Assembly (NCBI GenBank): GCA_964106915.2
Contig: OZ066924.1
Length of the DNA stretch: 64,000 bases
Direction: 5' to 3' (one strand)
Origin: Podarcis gaigeae
Lineage: Eukaryota
Below, piece by piece: positions 1 through 12,600 of this stretch (position 1 is the stretch's first letter; each line of letters begins with the position of its first letter). The notes beneath the pieces are model-generated. The model saw nothing but the letters and a program-made list of their open reading frames with translations, had not been told where the DNA came from and searched no databases. The position numbers and the translations under genes were made by a program.

Positions 1-176
1 CGCTGGAGCGGTACCTATTTATCTACTTGCACTTTGATGTGCTTTCGAACTGCTAGGTTGGCAGGAGCTGGGACCAAGCAATGGGAGCTCACCCCGTCGC
101 GGGGATTTGAACTGCCAACCTTCTGATCGGCAAGCCCTAGGCTCTGTGGTTTGACCCACAGTGCCACCTACATCCC
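1..176 (-). mobile_element. Sauria SINE (5' half; truncated by window start)
   Basis: Reverse complement of the tRNA-like head and GCCAACCTAGCAGTTCGAAAGCA..AGTGCAAGTAGATAAATAGGTACC core. Confidence 0.9.
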
Positions 177-194
177 TAGCTGATGAATTTTTCT

Positions 195-510
195 TCAGCA
201 GGGTGTTCCATAGACAAGGGGCCACCACTGAGAAGGTCATTTCTCAGCATCTGGCAGGGGCAATTAGAAGAGGGCTTCCCTCAAGGATCTCAAAGCATGG
301 CCAGGAACATACAAGAAAAGGTGATCCTTCAAATACTGAAGCCCCAAGCCATGAAGGACTTTAAATGCCAAAGCCAGTACTTTGAATTGGGCTAGGAAAT
401 GTACTGGAAGCTAGAGAAGGTGATAAGAGTACTGGCATAATATGCTTGCATCAACATTCCCAGTCAGTAGTCTTTGCTGCCATATTCAGTACTTTTCTGG
501 ACATTTTCAA
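195..510 (-). mobile_element. Degraded L2-like LINE 3' fragment
   Basis: gttccatagacaaggggccaccactgagaagg...agtactttgaattggg resembles the younger L2 copies in this window. Confidence 0.55.
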
Positions 511-3500
511 AGCTGAGTGTGCAACACGTTATTGGGTAAAACTCAGTACTGTACAAGTGGAGTTCTTCTTCCTCACCTCCCTCCTGTAGTCTTCATGCCA
601 TCCCTTCAAATCTCCCAAGTTGTTTTTTTTTGGGGGGGGGGTTACAGAGTAGGGTTGGGGTAAAACGGGGGTGTGGAGAAGAAAATGAAGTCAAAGTGCA
701 AGTGGAAATCCATTCTGCTTACACATGGACACCACTGGATACAACCAATCATAGCAATCTAACAGGTGGTTACTGGGGCACAGAACACAAGGACATTTCC
801 AACTCATCTTTCTCATGCAAAATATTAATGTGTCAGGCCTAAGTGTTTTCCAATATAAAGTGGTGCATGTCTACCGCAATTTATTTTAAACACTTGTAGT
901 TTATTAGAACAGAAAAGTAAAGTGAGAGTTAAGAATTTATTATAGAATACACAGAACAGACACTATCTGTTGCTATTGACTCTTTTATTTAAGAGCAGAT
1001 CAAAAATATGCCAAAGCTTTGGTTGTCTGGAATGATATGCACACTTAAATTATAACATTTTCTTATAGAAAAACAGTAAACATAACTTATACATTCAGAG
1101 GTGAGCAAGACAAACATTGTCCATATTATAAACTTACATTATAGATAATGAAATGTTTGCAATGAGTAGTTACGAATCTATTATATATTTGGTATCTTAA
1201 ACCATACTTAAGAATTTATCATATGACCTCATATGAAATATGCACAGCAATGCAATGGCAAGTATAATTAGCAAATCCACTTTCATGGACAATTGCCAGG
1301 ATGAGAATCAAAGCCTTTTTAAAAAACACAGAAAACAACAATTATATTTGAAGGTAGGTCTCCTGGTATTTAACAGGAAAATATTGCTGTTGATGAGAAT
1401 CACATTAATATTAATCCCTGGGTTGGACTCAGAGTAATTAACACTTAGAGTACACTCACTGAGAGATATAGGACAAGTTAGTTAAGCCTCATTGATTTCA
1501 GTGGGTCCAAACTTACTAAGCCTGGACCCAATCCATTATATTTTATAATGAAAATAAAAGGCATTCAATTAATCATGTCACAAAGGAAATCTTAGGACAA
1601 TTGACAAACCTGAATATGTTTTGAAAGAACACCAAGATTTCTCAAGATTTTCATAGCACTAATAAAATATTCAGCTGTCTTTAACAGCAGAGATGAGAAG
1701 GACAATGATGGGAATATTAGCTGTATTGGTTTATGTTCAAGTGTTCAGTGCTGAAACAGTAATTATGTAGATTTGGTAATGCTACAATTTCTTTTAATTT
1801 CAAAACTTGACAATATAATCTGCACATATAGAAAGTCCCCAGCATGGAATATTAACAGACCAGCTGTTTCTGCTTTGATGAAGCCCTGTTATCCACACGT
1901 GAACTATGCTTTAAGCAGTATTCTGCAGAAATCTCTTGAAGAAAGTCATCTTTGCAACAAAATAGAAGAGCATTTAGGAAAAGTGTAAACAGGAAATTAC
2001 TTTTAGGAGAGGAGCTCATAAAGCACAGACACTAACAACCAAAGTATATTTGAATGTCAAGGGTCTGGTGTAAACATGCAAAGAACAAGGAAATTAAAGG
2101 GCATGTCATCTGCACTCAGCATACCTATACCCAATCAAAAGTTGCTCTCTTTGGAAATGTATTTAAAAAAGAGATGCTCCCAGGTAACGACTGTGTGTGT
2201 CAGGTGTCAGTTTAGGCAACATACTAGTAATTAGCTCTTAATTCGCAAATACAATACAATAGAGACCTTTAATCACCTAAGCAGTACCAGAATTGTTAAC
2301 CTGTACCTCCATATGGCTGAAAGAAACAGGAAGGCAGAGATATTTGCAAGAAGCCACATTTAAGCTGGGGTAGGGATCAAAAAACAATCTTTTGCACTCA
2401 GGTATAAGATTGAAATACTATCCCTGACTTTAGCCCATTTAAGCAGGACTACCATGGAGAGGAGTCAAGACCTATGTCTTTTTCCCCCAGCACAGCTGCT
2501 GATGAAGGAGAAAAGATGTGACACAGATCACCACCGGCAGTGAGTTCCTTAAGTTTGGTAGCGGGCATATGCCAGGCCCTTCAGAATTGGAAGCAAAATA
2601 TTTCCCTATAAAACAATGGTCTCTCGTGTTGCAGGTGTTTTTTGTTCTAATGTTTACTATTTCATCTGCCTTTAAGTTACTTGGAGCCTTGAGAAGTTCC
2701 AAAAAAGGTATAGCTGTTCAGCCACTTCAAATTGAAGTTTTCTGCTGTTTTTCAAAAACTGGAGCCGGGCTCCAATAAAAACTCTCTGTGAAATGAGTTT
2801 AAGCTGTTTCTTCCTCATAAAATAACACAGCTTTCTTTCTAACAATGAACCTTTCTAATATTACAATTATTATATTAGCACTTAAGTGGCTCAAAGTAAT
2901 CTGACCTTTTATTTTTCAGGTAATGGTGTGTGTACCTTCAAAGTATGAGGGCTTAAGTGCTTTTCATTTATCATCCAGCTCCATTATGCATTTCTACCAG
3001 AGGGGAAAGAACCAGCCACTGAGATGCTGTCACAGATTGACATTCATAAAGGCATCTGTTAAGCAGAATCCTATTAATGTGCTTTGGTGATGAATAAGTT
3101 TTCATGTCCGAGCTTTAAGGTCTACTGTAGGGCAAAAAGGAAATGGTGGCTTTTTCTACCCCTCTCCTATCTCCCTATTAGCTGCTCCTTTATAATGCAA
3201 ACCAGTATGTTAGGCTGTTTTGGTTTGTGCGTTAATTTAGGACAACAAAGATGGTAAATGTCGTGTGCAGTTTCTCTGTTAAAAGACAACCATTTCTTTA
3301 AAACAATGGTGTAAACATCTTTGCTTTTCATACTTTAGAAACAAAGAAATCACCTTTCCTGAATATATACTATATATGCACTTCAGTAATTATTTTATAT
3401 ACAGGGAAACACATACTTACACAGAGAGAAATGAATAGCCTTTTAAAGCTAACTTATTTTGTCTACAAAGAAATATACACTGCTAAAGATGGCATTGGCA

Positions 3501-3604
3501 GCACCTTCCAGTTTTCCTCGAACTGCTTCATTTCTTCTGAGACAGTTTAACCACCAGTGCTAAACAAGTATTGTTTTAACTCTTTTTTGGCATTTTATGA
3601 TGTA

Positions 3605-3633
3605 TCAAACAGGAGGCGAAAAAACACTGGTAC
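3605..3633 (-). CDS. PPIP5K2: Candidate PPIP5K2 terminal coding segment (STSVFSPPV*)
   Basis: Good acceptor ttctgttttgcttgtgtgcag in phase 1 followed by TGA; no recognisable homology, and alternatives exist. Confidence 0.4.
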
Positions 3634-6600
3634 CTGCACACAAGCAAAACAGAATCATGTTTCTTATGGTGAATAATAATAATAAAAAGACATGATCAAG
3701 ACAAACAAGCATTTTAGTGTCTGTTAGCTTTCAGGAGGAGAAACTTAAAACACGGAAACCAATACAACTTTGGCTATGTCATGCCCAGTATTACGATATC
3801 TCTGAAACTTGACAAAAATAAAATTAGAAGGATGGGAGCCAGGGGCAGCCTTTCCCTGGTTACTGTCTGAGGTGAATGGGAAGCTGCTGCCTCCCCTCTG
3901 CCGAACCACTGAAATCATGTGGTTGCAGGTTCCAGTGAGATCTTGTGAGAGATCCATGAGATCTCGCTGGAGCCCCCAAACCGCTTCTTGTCTAATGCAT
4001 CATAATGAGACAGAAAAATAAGACCAATCCACACCAAAATGCTCTCAAATTTCTTAAAGTATAAAGCAAAATGATTCTGAACAATCTCAGACGGTGCTTG
4101 TTAATAATTAAGATGGATTTGAAAAGGTTTTTTTCAAGTATTACTTACTTGACATAGTCGAGGAACATTCTCGCCGACTCAAAGGGTCTTCTTGTGGCGT
4201 TGGTTGGATTTTTGCAGGGGTGTATGTATTTAAAGAGTTTTTTCTTGCATCCAGAAATGATGGCGAAGCTAAAAGGGTTAATAAAAGTTACAAAGATATT
4301 TTATCTTATTCTTTCTCAAGTAACTGGATGTTGTCAATGCTGAAGAAGCAGAGATTATATAAAGTATCAACAAAGGCTGTATTATTCTTTGAACAATTGC
4401 CTCTGAAAAGTGTGTACATTGTTTTTATGCAAATAGTACAGTGAACATATTATGCACCAATATTATTCTTCATCAACATGGATCCATAGGTTTTTGTCAA
4501 CGTCATGTTTAAACTATTAAACAGTCATCTTTTTTGCTTCCAAGAAACCTACTTAGATAAACCTGAAAGTTGTCTCACTAACTGAAGTTGGCATGCATGC
4601 ACAGAAAATAGGTATCTGGCCAAATATGTATTTTGATATTTTTCTTATGTACTTCTTCTTTGTGTATGGCTTGCAGACTACTAAATTTAGCTATTGAAGA
4701 GTAGGATAATAAACTAGAGTAAGAGGGTCTAATACTGCCTGAATAAAGAACTTTTTCCTCAGAGCATATTATCTCTGAGTACCAGGTAAAGATACCTAAC
4801 TCAGCTTCTACTCACTTTTTGACTTAGTACACCAAGATTTGCTAATTTAAAAATTGTTATGCTTCTCTTTACTGCTGTTTTCTACCACAAGGAACTTGAG
4901 AATTTTGCTTAAAGTTAGAGGCAGGTCTGGAGAATTTTAAATTTACACAATCAGACATTTTGTGTTCCTTCATCCTAGTAGGTGCAACTTGAAACCTGCA
5001 ATGCACCTTGGAATGTGAAATATATTAAGTCTGTTACCTCTTCCCATGCTCCATCTTGAGACCAAGCACAATGCAGGCTTCATGGCTTCAACACTAGGCC
5101 CATTTTTTGATCCCCTCACCTCTTGCTCTGCTTAAAATCTAGCCTGACAAAGAATTCTGGACAGCTCAAAAGCTTTCTCACTATTTTGTACCAGTTTGGA
5201 TGCCCTAATAAAGGTATTGCCCTACTATGGAATTTGGGAAATTATCATTTACAGTTAGTTACAGAAATATCAAGAAATCTGCATGGCAGTGTTTGAGTGG
5301 AAAGAGAATAAAGTGCTATAGGCATCATAGTGTTCAGGGTCCAATAAGCTACTTCAAGTGTACAGAGAGGTATGTGCCATTTCCCCCACCTCAGCAACTC
5401 TATCTGAAGTTGCCTAAGTTTTTGAAACAAAGTTTCTAGCTTAGCTATGGGACATATGTGTGGAGTGGATGGGTAGAATGGAAGCCCCACTTCTTTGGAT
5501 CTTAGCAGTTTTTAATTGCACAAATAAGTGTTGTCATTATACAGAAATTTTGCACAGCATACATGCAGGGTATGTGTTATAGTCATATTGTGTGACTAAT
5601 TTAAGTTAAATTGCATTCTCTTACACTTCCAAGGACAGCCAAGAAGACAGCTGCAATGTGGGTGGTGTGGTTATATGCCAATTCATGGGGAAAATGAGGA
5701 AATACTTATTTGATTAAATCTGAAACAGTTTATCAGTCCCACACCAGGAAACACTAAATCCTAGCATTCAATGGATTGCCTATGGCCAGCAGTGTTTTGC
5801 AGTTTGCGAAATAAAAGACATAAAAGGTAATTACGCAGAGAAAATGTGGATGCGGCTTGAAATCTGTCGTACAAAGGAGAGGCAGCAATGGAAGCAAGAA
5901 ATTCATCCACCTGCTTTAATGACAAGGAGTTATGGAGGGTTTCTAGAGGGCAGATTGAAGGCACCATGGAATACAATTCAAAGCCTGAAAAAGAAAACAC
6001 AGACACACACACACCACATATTTCCAACATAAAAGGAAGCAACTGAGCAATTATAATGGCAAAGGTATGTTCTGCAGAAGTATGCTTAACAGGCCAGAAT
6101 ACAAAGAGACCCGTGCATGCCATGTGCACCAAAGCACTTCTGAACCCAGTGCAACTTTCCAGATTTCTGCTCCTTTTGCACTGCATCAGAAGCAGCTCCA
6201 GAATGATCGCTTGACTTTCTGAAGGGAGTTTTCTCAGGTAGACACATGGCACATGCAGGCCTGCAGCGAGAAAGATGGAACCAAAAAGCCTCAAACATGA
6301 TTCTGGCTCCATCCAAACACATGCAATCATACAGTAACACTTCAGATACTGAAACAATATGGAGCTGGACTAAAGGGTGTCAGAATTTCTTATATATGAA
6401 GCTCATGGTTCTGCATATACATAATATAAAAACATTTTTATTTAAATAAGTCTAAGGCAGCAATTTAACCACCACTTACACAGATGTAGACCTACTTATC
6501 CATTGTACTCTCCAATAACTCTAATCTAGGTTTTCATTCAATTCACAAATTTCTATATAAAACAGACTTAAGAAATCAATGAAGTAAAGGCTCAGCATGT

Positions 6601-9600
6601 CCCTATGTTACTTCCATAGGCATCAGAGCTGGCTCTTCAAGTCAAAACTCCTGGTCATCTAAGTCTGAAAGTACTGTTTTCTGAGAAGAAAGCAAGGACA
6701 ACCCTCTTCCAGGATTATGACAAGTTTCCTTAATATTATTTACATCCAGCTTCATTACTTTTATAACAGTTACTGTCAAGCCACAAATAAATCTGAAATC
6801 CAGGGTTAGGCATCATAAGTAAAAACATAATCAACCATGCATACCTGAACTAACGTTAATTTAAAACTCCATATGCGTACATAAGCTTTAAAAAGCACTT
6901 GTGAACTGATTCAGACAGCTCCCCACAAAAAAATTGTCCATATAAAGTTTCACTATTATAATTCTGAAAACAAAAACTGTAATTTTATTTAAGTTGCTAA
7001 ATTTCTCTCAAGACCTTTTTTTCCCCAATGACATAGGTTTGCTAATGAAAAAGTATTCATGTTTTTAGTGCAAGGTACATTTAAATGTAATATGAAGTAA
7101 ACTATAGTGAACTCCAAAACTAAAGAATTCAAATTCTTGTTATCTGAAATCACTTTTCGCTCCTTAAATTTCTAGAGAAGGAAACTTTGCAAATGAACAT
7201 TTTGGTATCTTATTGAATTGTAGCAGTTAAGCCTCTGTGTGTGCTTCAAGTTAATTGTGTTTATTGCATAATAATTCTTCTAAGAATACAACACTACGCA
7301 TGCAGGCAAGCGCGAACCCTTTCTTTGCATTACAGTAAATTCCACGAGAACTGCAGCTTTCCCTGACTGGAGAAAATCCACAAATGTGTATGAGTATCTA
7401 TGTAAGGAACAATTTCATGGGGCTATGGCAGGCTATTTTCTTTAAGTGCTCATGTCTATTTTGGTGCTTATAGTTACCTCATGTCCAATAAATATCCTTT
7501 GAAACAGTTAAATCTGAAGCTCAATAGTGTCATTTATATTTCTGCATACTTCTTTTAGCTTTATTTACCTAGGCAATAAAAACCAACTATTCACTTGTGC
7601 ACACACCCATCTTTTAGCAGCTTCATTACTGGATTATCAAGCATTGGAGAAATACCCTGAGACATGTGCCGAGAGGCCATTTCAACTGGATTGAAATTGA
7701 AAATGGTAACAACCTATTCATTTCTGTTCTTTTATTTTTAAAAAGACACCTACGTATTGGACAGTATGCCTTCAAATGTCTGATCTGCTAACATGAGCTG
7801 ACCTCTTAACATACCAGTTTCCATCAAAATGAAAGACAATGAAAGGGTTAGCGCAGCAACTTAGAAAGCCACCCTGCCGTCTTACATTCGAAAGCTATAA
7901 AGACATACCACTGGCGCCTAGAAATTCCTCAGAAGAAACCGACCAGCACCTAAAGAGGTCTGGATGTTCTGCACAGAGGCCCAGAAAATAAGTAAAGCAC
8001 TGTCAGTAGATACTTGTTTCACCATGTATCTTGAACTCAAGATGAAAGGAAGGGGAAGACTGAAATGGTTTAGAAGTTGCATTGTTATCTTAAAGTTATG
8101 GAAGTAAAAAAAAAAGAGGAGGCCCTCAATGAAAGGTTAAGAACAAACAGTATGCCACGCCTCATTTTCAAAGCAGCTGGAGTGATCCCAAGTTACCTGA
8201 GGAAGTACATTTAGGCTTCTGAGTAATACATATAACCATGCAGTAAATTGTGAAAGTTGTGAGGATACATATTAATCAGATCACAGCAATCTGTATCAAC
8301 ACAGCTGTGATAAAAATATACAAATTTTAAGCACATACTATTTGGATAAAATGTGCTCTGCATTCATGATATATTTCCCCCCTTTATTTGTAAATATTTA
8401 TTTTTTAGCTCTCATACCTCAACTTTCAGCTGTTTTGCATACTAAGTTGAGCATATCTCTCTTTAGATGACTTAATTTTAGAGTCTATGTGCACTTTTTT
8501 TTTCATTTTCACAACTAATTCCATGTGTAGGTATGAAATTCTGTAGTAATATTAGTAAAGATTATTTGCTACTGAAGTAAATCTATCATTTTATTATGAT
8601 GATTTGGGAATAGACACAAATCTACAGCTTCATGAAGACATTATATTACCTTACCACTGAACTCAGTTAATAAACGGCTTTGGAAACTTTTGAATAAGGA
8701 TAAAGAAACTGAGAGCTACTGTTTGATCTATGATGGAGGAGTGGCCAGCTCAGTTTCTGTGATGAAAGGACCAATTCAGTGGCAAAGCTTTGCAAAATGT
8801 GTTATATGTTGAGGCAGGATGGGGGCGGCTTCCAACAAAATATTAAACTATAATAGTCTGTTAAACATTAAAAGCTTCCCTAAACAGGGCTGCCTTCAGA
8901 TGTCTTCTAAAAGTCTGGAAGTTGTTTTTCTCTTTGACATCTGGTGGGAGGGCATTCCACAGGGCGGGTGCCACTACCGAGAAGGCCCTCTGCCTGGTTC
9001 CCTGTAACTTGACTTCTCGCAGTGAGGGAATGGCCAGAAGGCCCTCAGCACTGGACCTCAGTGTCCGGGAAGAACGATGGGGGTGGAGATGCTCCTTCAG
9101 GTATACTGGACTGAGGCCGTTTAGACCTCAGGAGGAAAACATAGCGGCAAGTAACTCATTACAGAAAGCACTTAAGCTGTCTGTATGAAAGGAAGGTGAA
9201 GCAAATCATTTGGTTACTGACAGAAATGTAGGGAACTTTGTTTTCAGTTAACTTTTATTTTGTCTAATGTGATTTCAAGAAGATGATAGCAAGTTCCAGT
9301 TGTTATTTATAATGAAATCCTGAGTTCACAGAGAATAGGCTTAGCAGTGGTCGTTAGCTATGCTAGATAATCAGAATATTCATGCTCAAAGGCTGTATAC
9401 CTCTGAATTCCAGTCACTGGGGGACAAATAGAGGACAGACTACCACTTTCATGCCCAACTTAATGAGTTTCCCAGTGCCATCTGGTGGTTGCTGTTGGAA
9501 ATAGAGGGCTAGAGAAAGTGGACCTTTTGGTTTGGTTTAGTAAGGCAGTTCTTATGCTGAGTTCCAAAAGTTCAGAACAGAGATATCCAACACAGCAGGA

Positions 9601-12600
9601 TGCCAAAGAATATGAAGGGGAAAGGAATAGGAGCTGTTTACGATCAGAAAGCTTTTAAACCATACACTATGTGTACTAACTGGTTGTGTCATTAAGAAGG
9701 CTGCATAAAAATAGACATGGAATTCATTTAATTCCCCACCCCATCCCAAAAAGGATTTTGAATGTGTGAATTTTAAAAGACTAGATTATGGAATTAAAAA
9801 GGGGAAAGGGATTTAAATTATCAGAATTTCTAATAATTGACAATATGGCCATCTGATCAGCTGGAATCAGGGAGGATGATGGTGGACAGTACTATACACC
9901 CCATAGTTTGGAAGGGATGAAGCAAGGGAATACTTTTTTTTTTAAATAAAAGCAAAACATACCATTGGTTGGGTGTCGAGCAAATGAGATAGAAAACCTT
10001 TTAACAGCAGAACCACGTGTGGTGTCTGAGAAAGAGAAAAACAGGTACCTGAAATTCAAAACAGCTACCAAAAGAGGGATAATTCAAGAAAGGACAGAAG
10101 AGGGGAAAACAATGAAGAGGAGGTTAGAACTGAGTGGCATGCAGAAGGGTTTGGGAGAGGTGCAAAGGCCAGAACAGGTTTAAAAGCAGGTAAAACTTTG
10201 CTGGTTGTTACTACTAGAGGTTTAATGGAGTGTATGGAAGACAAATACGGGTGAGCTTGTGATTTTGGCATACAGACATACATGGTTAGAATTGAATATC
10301 ATGGATGTGACAGTAGGAGAAAGCTGAATGTTTCTTACCCTCAAGAAAGTTAACACACATTGTAAAATGGTGGAAATCTGGTGCTGACATTTCTATTCTG
10401 CTTGTTACTCTGAAGCCCCAAGCCAAACACTTTCAGGTTAAATTTAAAAATAATTTAACAAACATACCTCTTTTTAGGACTTTACAAATATTAATGAATC
10501 TCCTTTGATTTCTCTAGTTCTCAATAAATGGCTTTTTGTTCCATTTCAGGAAAAAAATTACCAAATTAAATGGTTTTAAACATAGGTTGAACATAAACTT
10601 TTTTTTAAGTTGGTTTGTTATGGAAGGGAAAAAGCCCTCCTTCCATCAGTGTGCCATTAAACACAATTAATCTCTGAGAAATAAAGGGACACTACAACCC
10701 TCTACAAATTAATATTAGTGATCGGTATTATAGGCTTCTACTCTGTAAACAGTCCTAGGACTTTCTTTCAAGGTTTAATGTGTGCATATGAGTGGGTGGG
10801 TGTAAGTGCATGTGCGAAGGTGTGCACATACCATCTATGCAGCCAGAAGAAGTCAGCTTTTTACGATGAATACGAGCATAATCCTGTAGGTTAGGTGCAC
10901 TTGAAGAACCCCCGAGCACCGAAGTGCTAAACAGGCTCGCACAGTGAGACCCTGATGGGAGTTAGAGAAAATACATACAGCAACCAGGTGTTCTTCTGTT
11001 CACATCGGGGATGCATGCAGCATGCAAGCATATCGCTCTTACCACACAAGAGGCTGCCTCTGGCATAGCCTTGAACAGGTTCACAATATGCTTATAAAGT
11101 CAGTGGTACTTTCAGGATGTAACTACCACAAATTACTGTGCTTCTATTTATCACAATCCCCTTACTAATTATATACAAAGAGAAGGCTGAACTCTAATGA
11201 AGGGAACTTCCTTTTGTTTCCTGTTGCTAGACTTGATAAAGAAAAAAAAAAAATCACTGCCTGATAGGTCAATGTAAAATAAAAAGGGATGGTTGAGGAA
11301 GAAACACAAGATTGATTATTTGCAGTTTATAACTGAATCTGTTAAAATGAGCACTGAACTCTGCAAAAGACAGAGATCAGCATGTTTTCATGTGGAAATT
11401 CCACTTAAATTCATGGGATGTGATCAAGTTTTCTTGCACGCGTTCCACTTGTGGCTTGTGCAGACATATCCCATTAAATGTGTTGAGTTTCTCAATGTAT
11501 TTTTAAAAGTTAATGGCTGATCTAAAAACAAACCCTGGTGTACTGAGTTTTGCTGTCTGATATTAAAAACCTTGTTTATAAAGAATAATTCTCTACATAC
11601 TACAATATTGGTATCCTCTCATAATAATATTTTACTTTACATTTAAAAACCTAAGAAAAGGGCTACTTTGGGTGTAATGTGTTTTGGACAATACCTTACC
11701 ATATAAAATTCATCTCAATGGCACTTGCTCAGGAGAGGTTTCTCCTATCCTTGCCCTTTGAAACCTGATCTATTTGCTTTCTAATCATGAACCACTGATT
11801 CAAAATTTCTGTTATTACCACTGACAACCAAACGGTGAGGAAAACATTAGCAGCACATCTGATGAAACATATCAATATAAATGTCTAATCTGTGGAGAAG
11901 CTTTGGAACTTAAGAAATACCTGCATTTAGATCAGTTTTCATCAACATGTACTGTATTGGCATGAATATAAGTCTCACTATTTGCCCAAATTCTGACTGT
12001 GAAAAGTTAAAGTGTGGCTCATATTCGCGACATTATGATATGCAGGCAGGAGTGTGGCAAAGCCATGTCCGGCCTATGCATAGTCCCGCATCCTCTCCCG
12101 CAAGGCCGGGAAGGGAGAGAGCGAGGAAGGGGAAAGGTTGCTAGCAACGGAGCAGCAAGGAATGGTGCGGCTTATATTCAGGTTTTTTTCCCCTCTTTTC
12201 CCTCTCCAATTTTAAAGGTGCAGCTTATATTTGGGTGCAGCTTATATTCGGGCCAACACGGTATATTTATGTGGAATATCACAGAGAACAGGATTGTGCA
12301 ATGATTGAAGAACATTAGAAAAATTAAACTCCAGTAATCAAGAGCATCTGATGTATGCATTTTGCTAGGTAAAATTTTGAAACACAAAGAAACAAAAAAA
12401 GATCGTGCATATAGAAAGAATATAGAGTTAAGTAGACAACTGGAGAAATTTTTATCTTAGACTGCATTTAATGCTGTGTTTGTTTTGTGTGACATGCTAT
12501 GAAAGTGTTATCCATAATATTAAAACATTTGCAGAGCAAAAAAGTACCGGTAGTATACACTACCAAATGTAGTATAATACACTACAGAATGAAAATAGTA

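Noticed and set aside
2472-2702. ORF ending GKKT*, resembling the mammalian GKKK C-terminus
   Set aside because: No in-frame phase-1 acceptor found and no other similarity; probably coincidence
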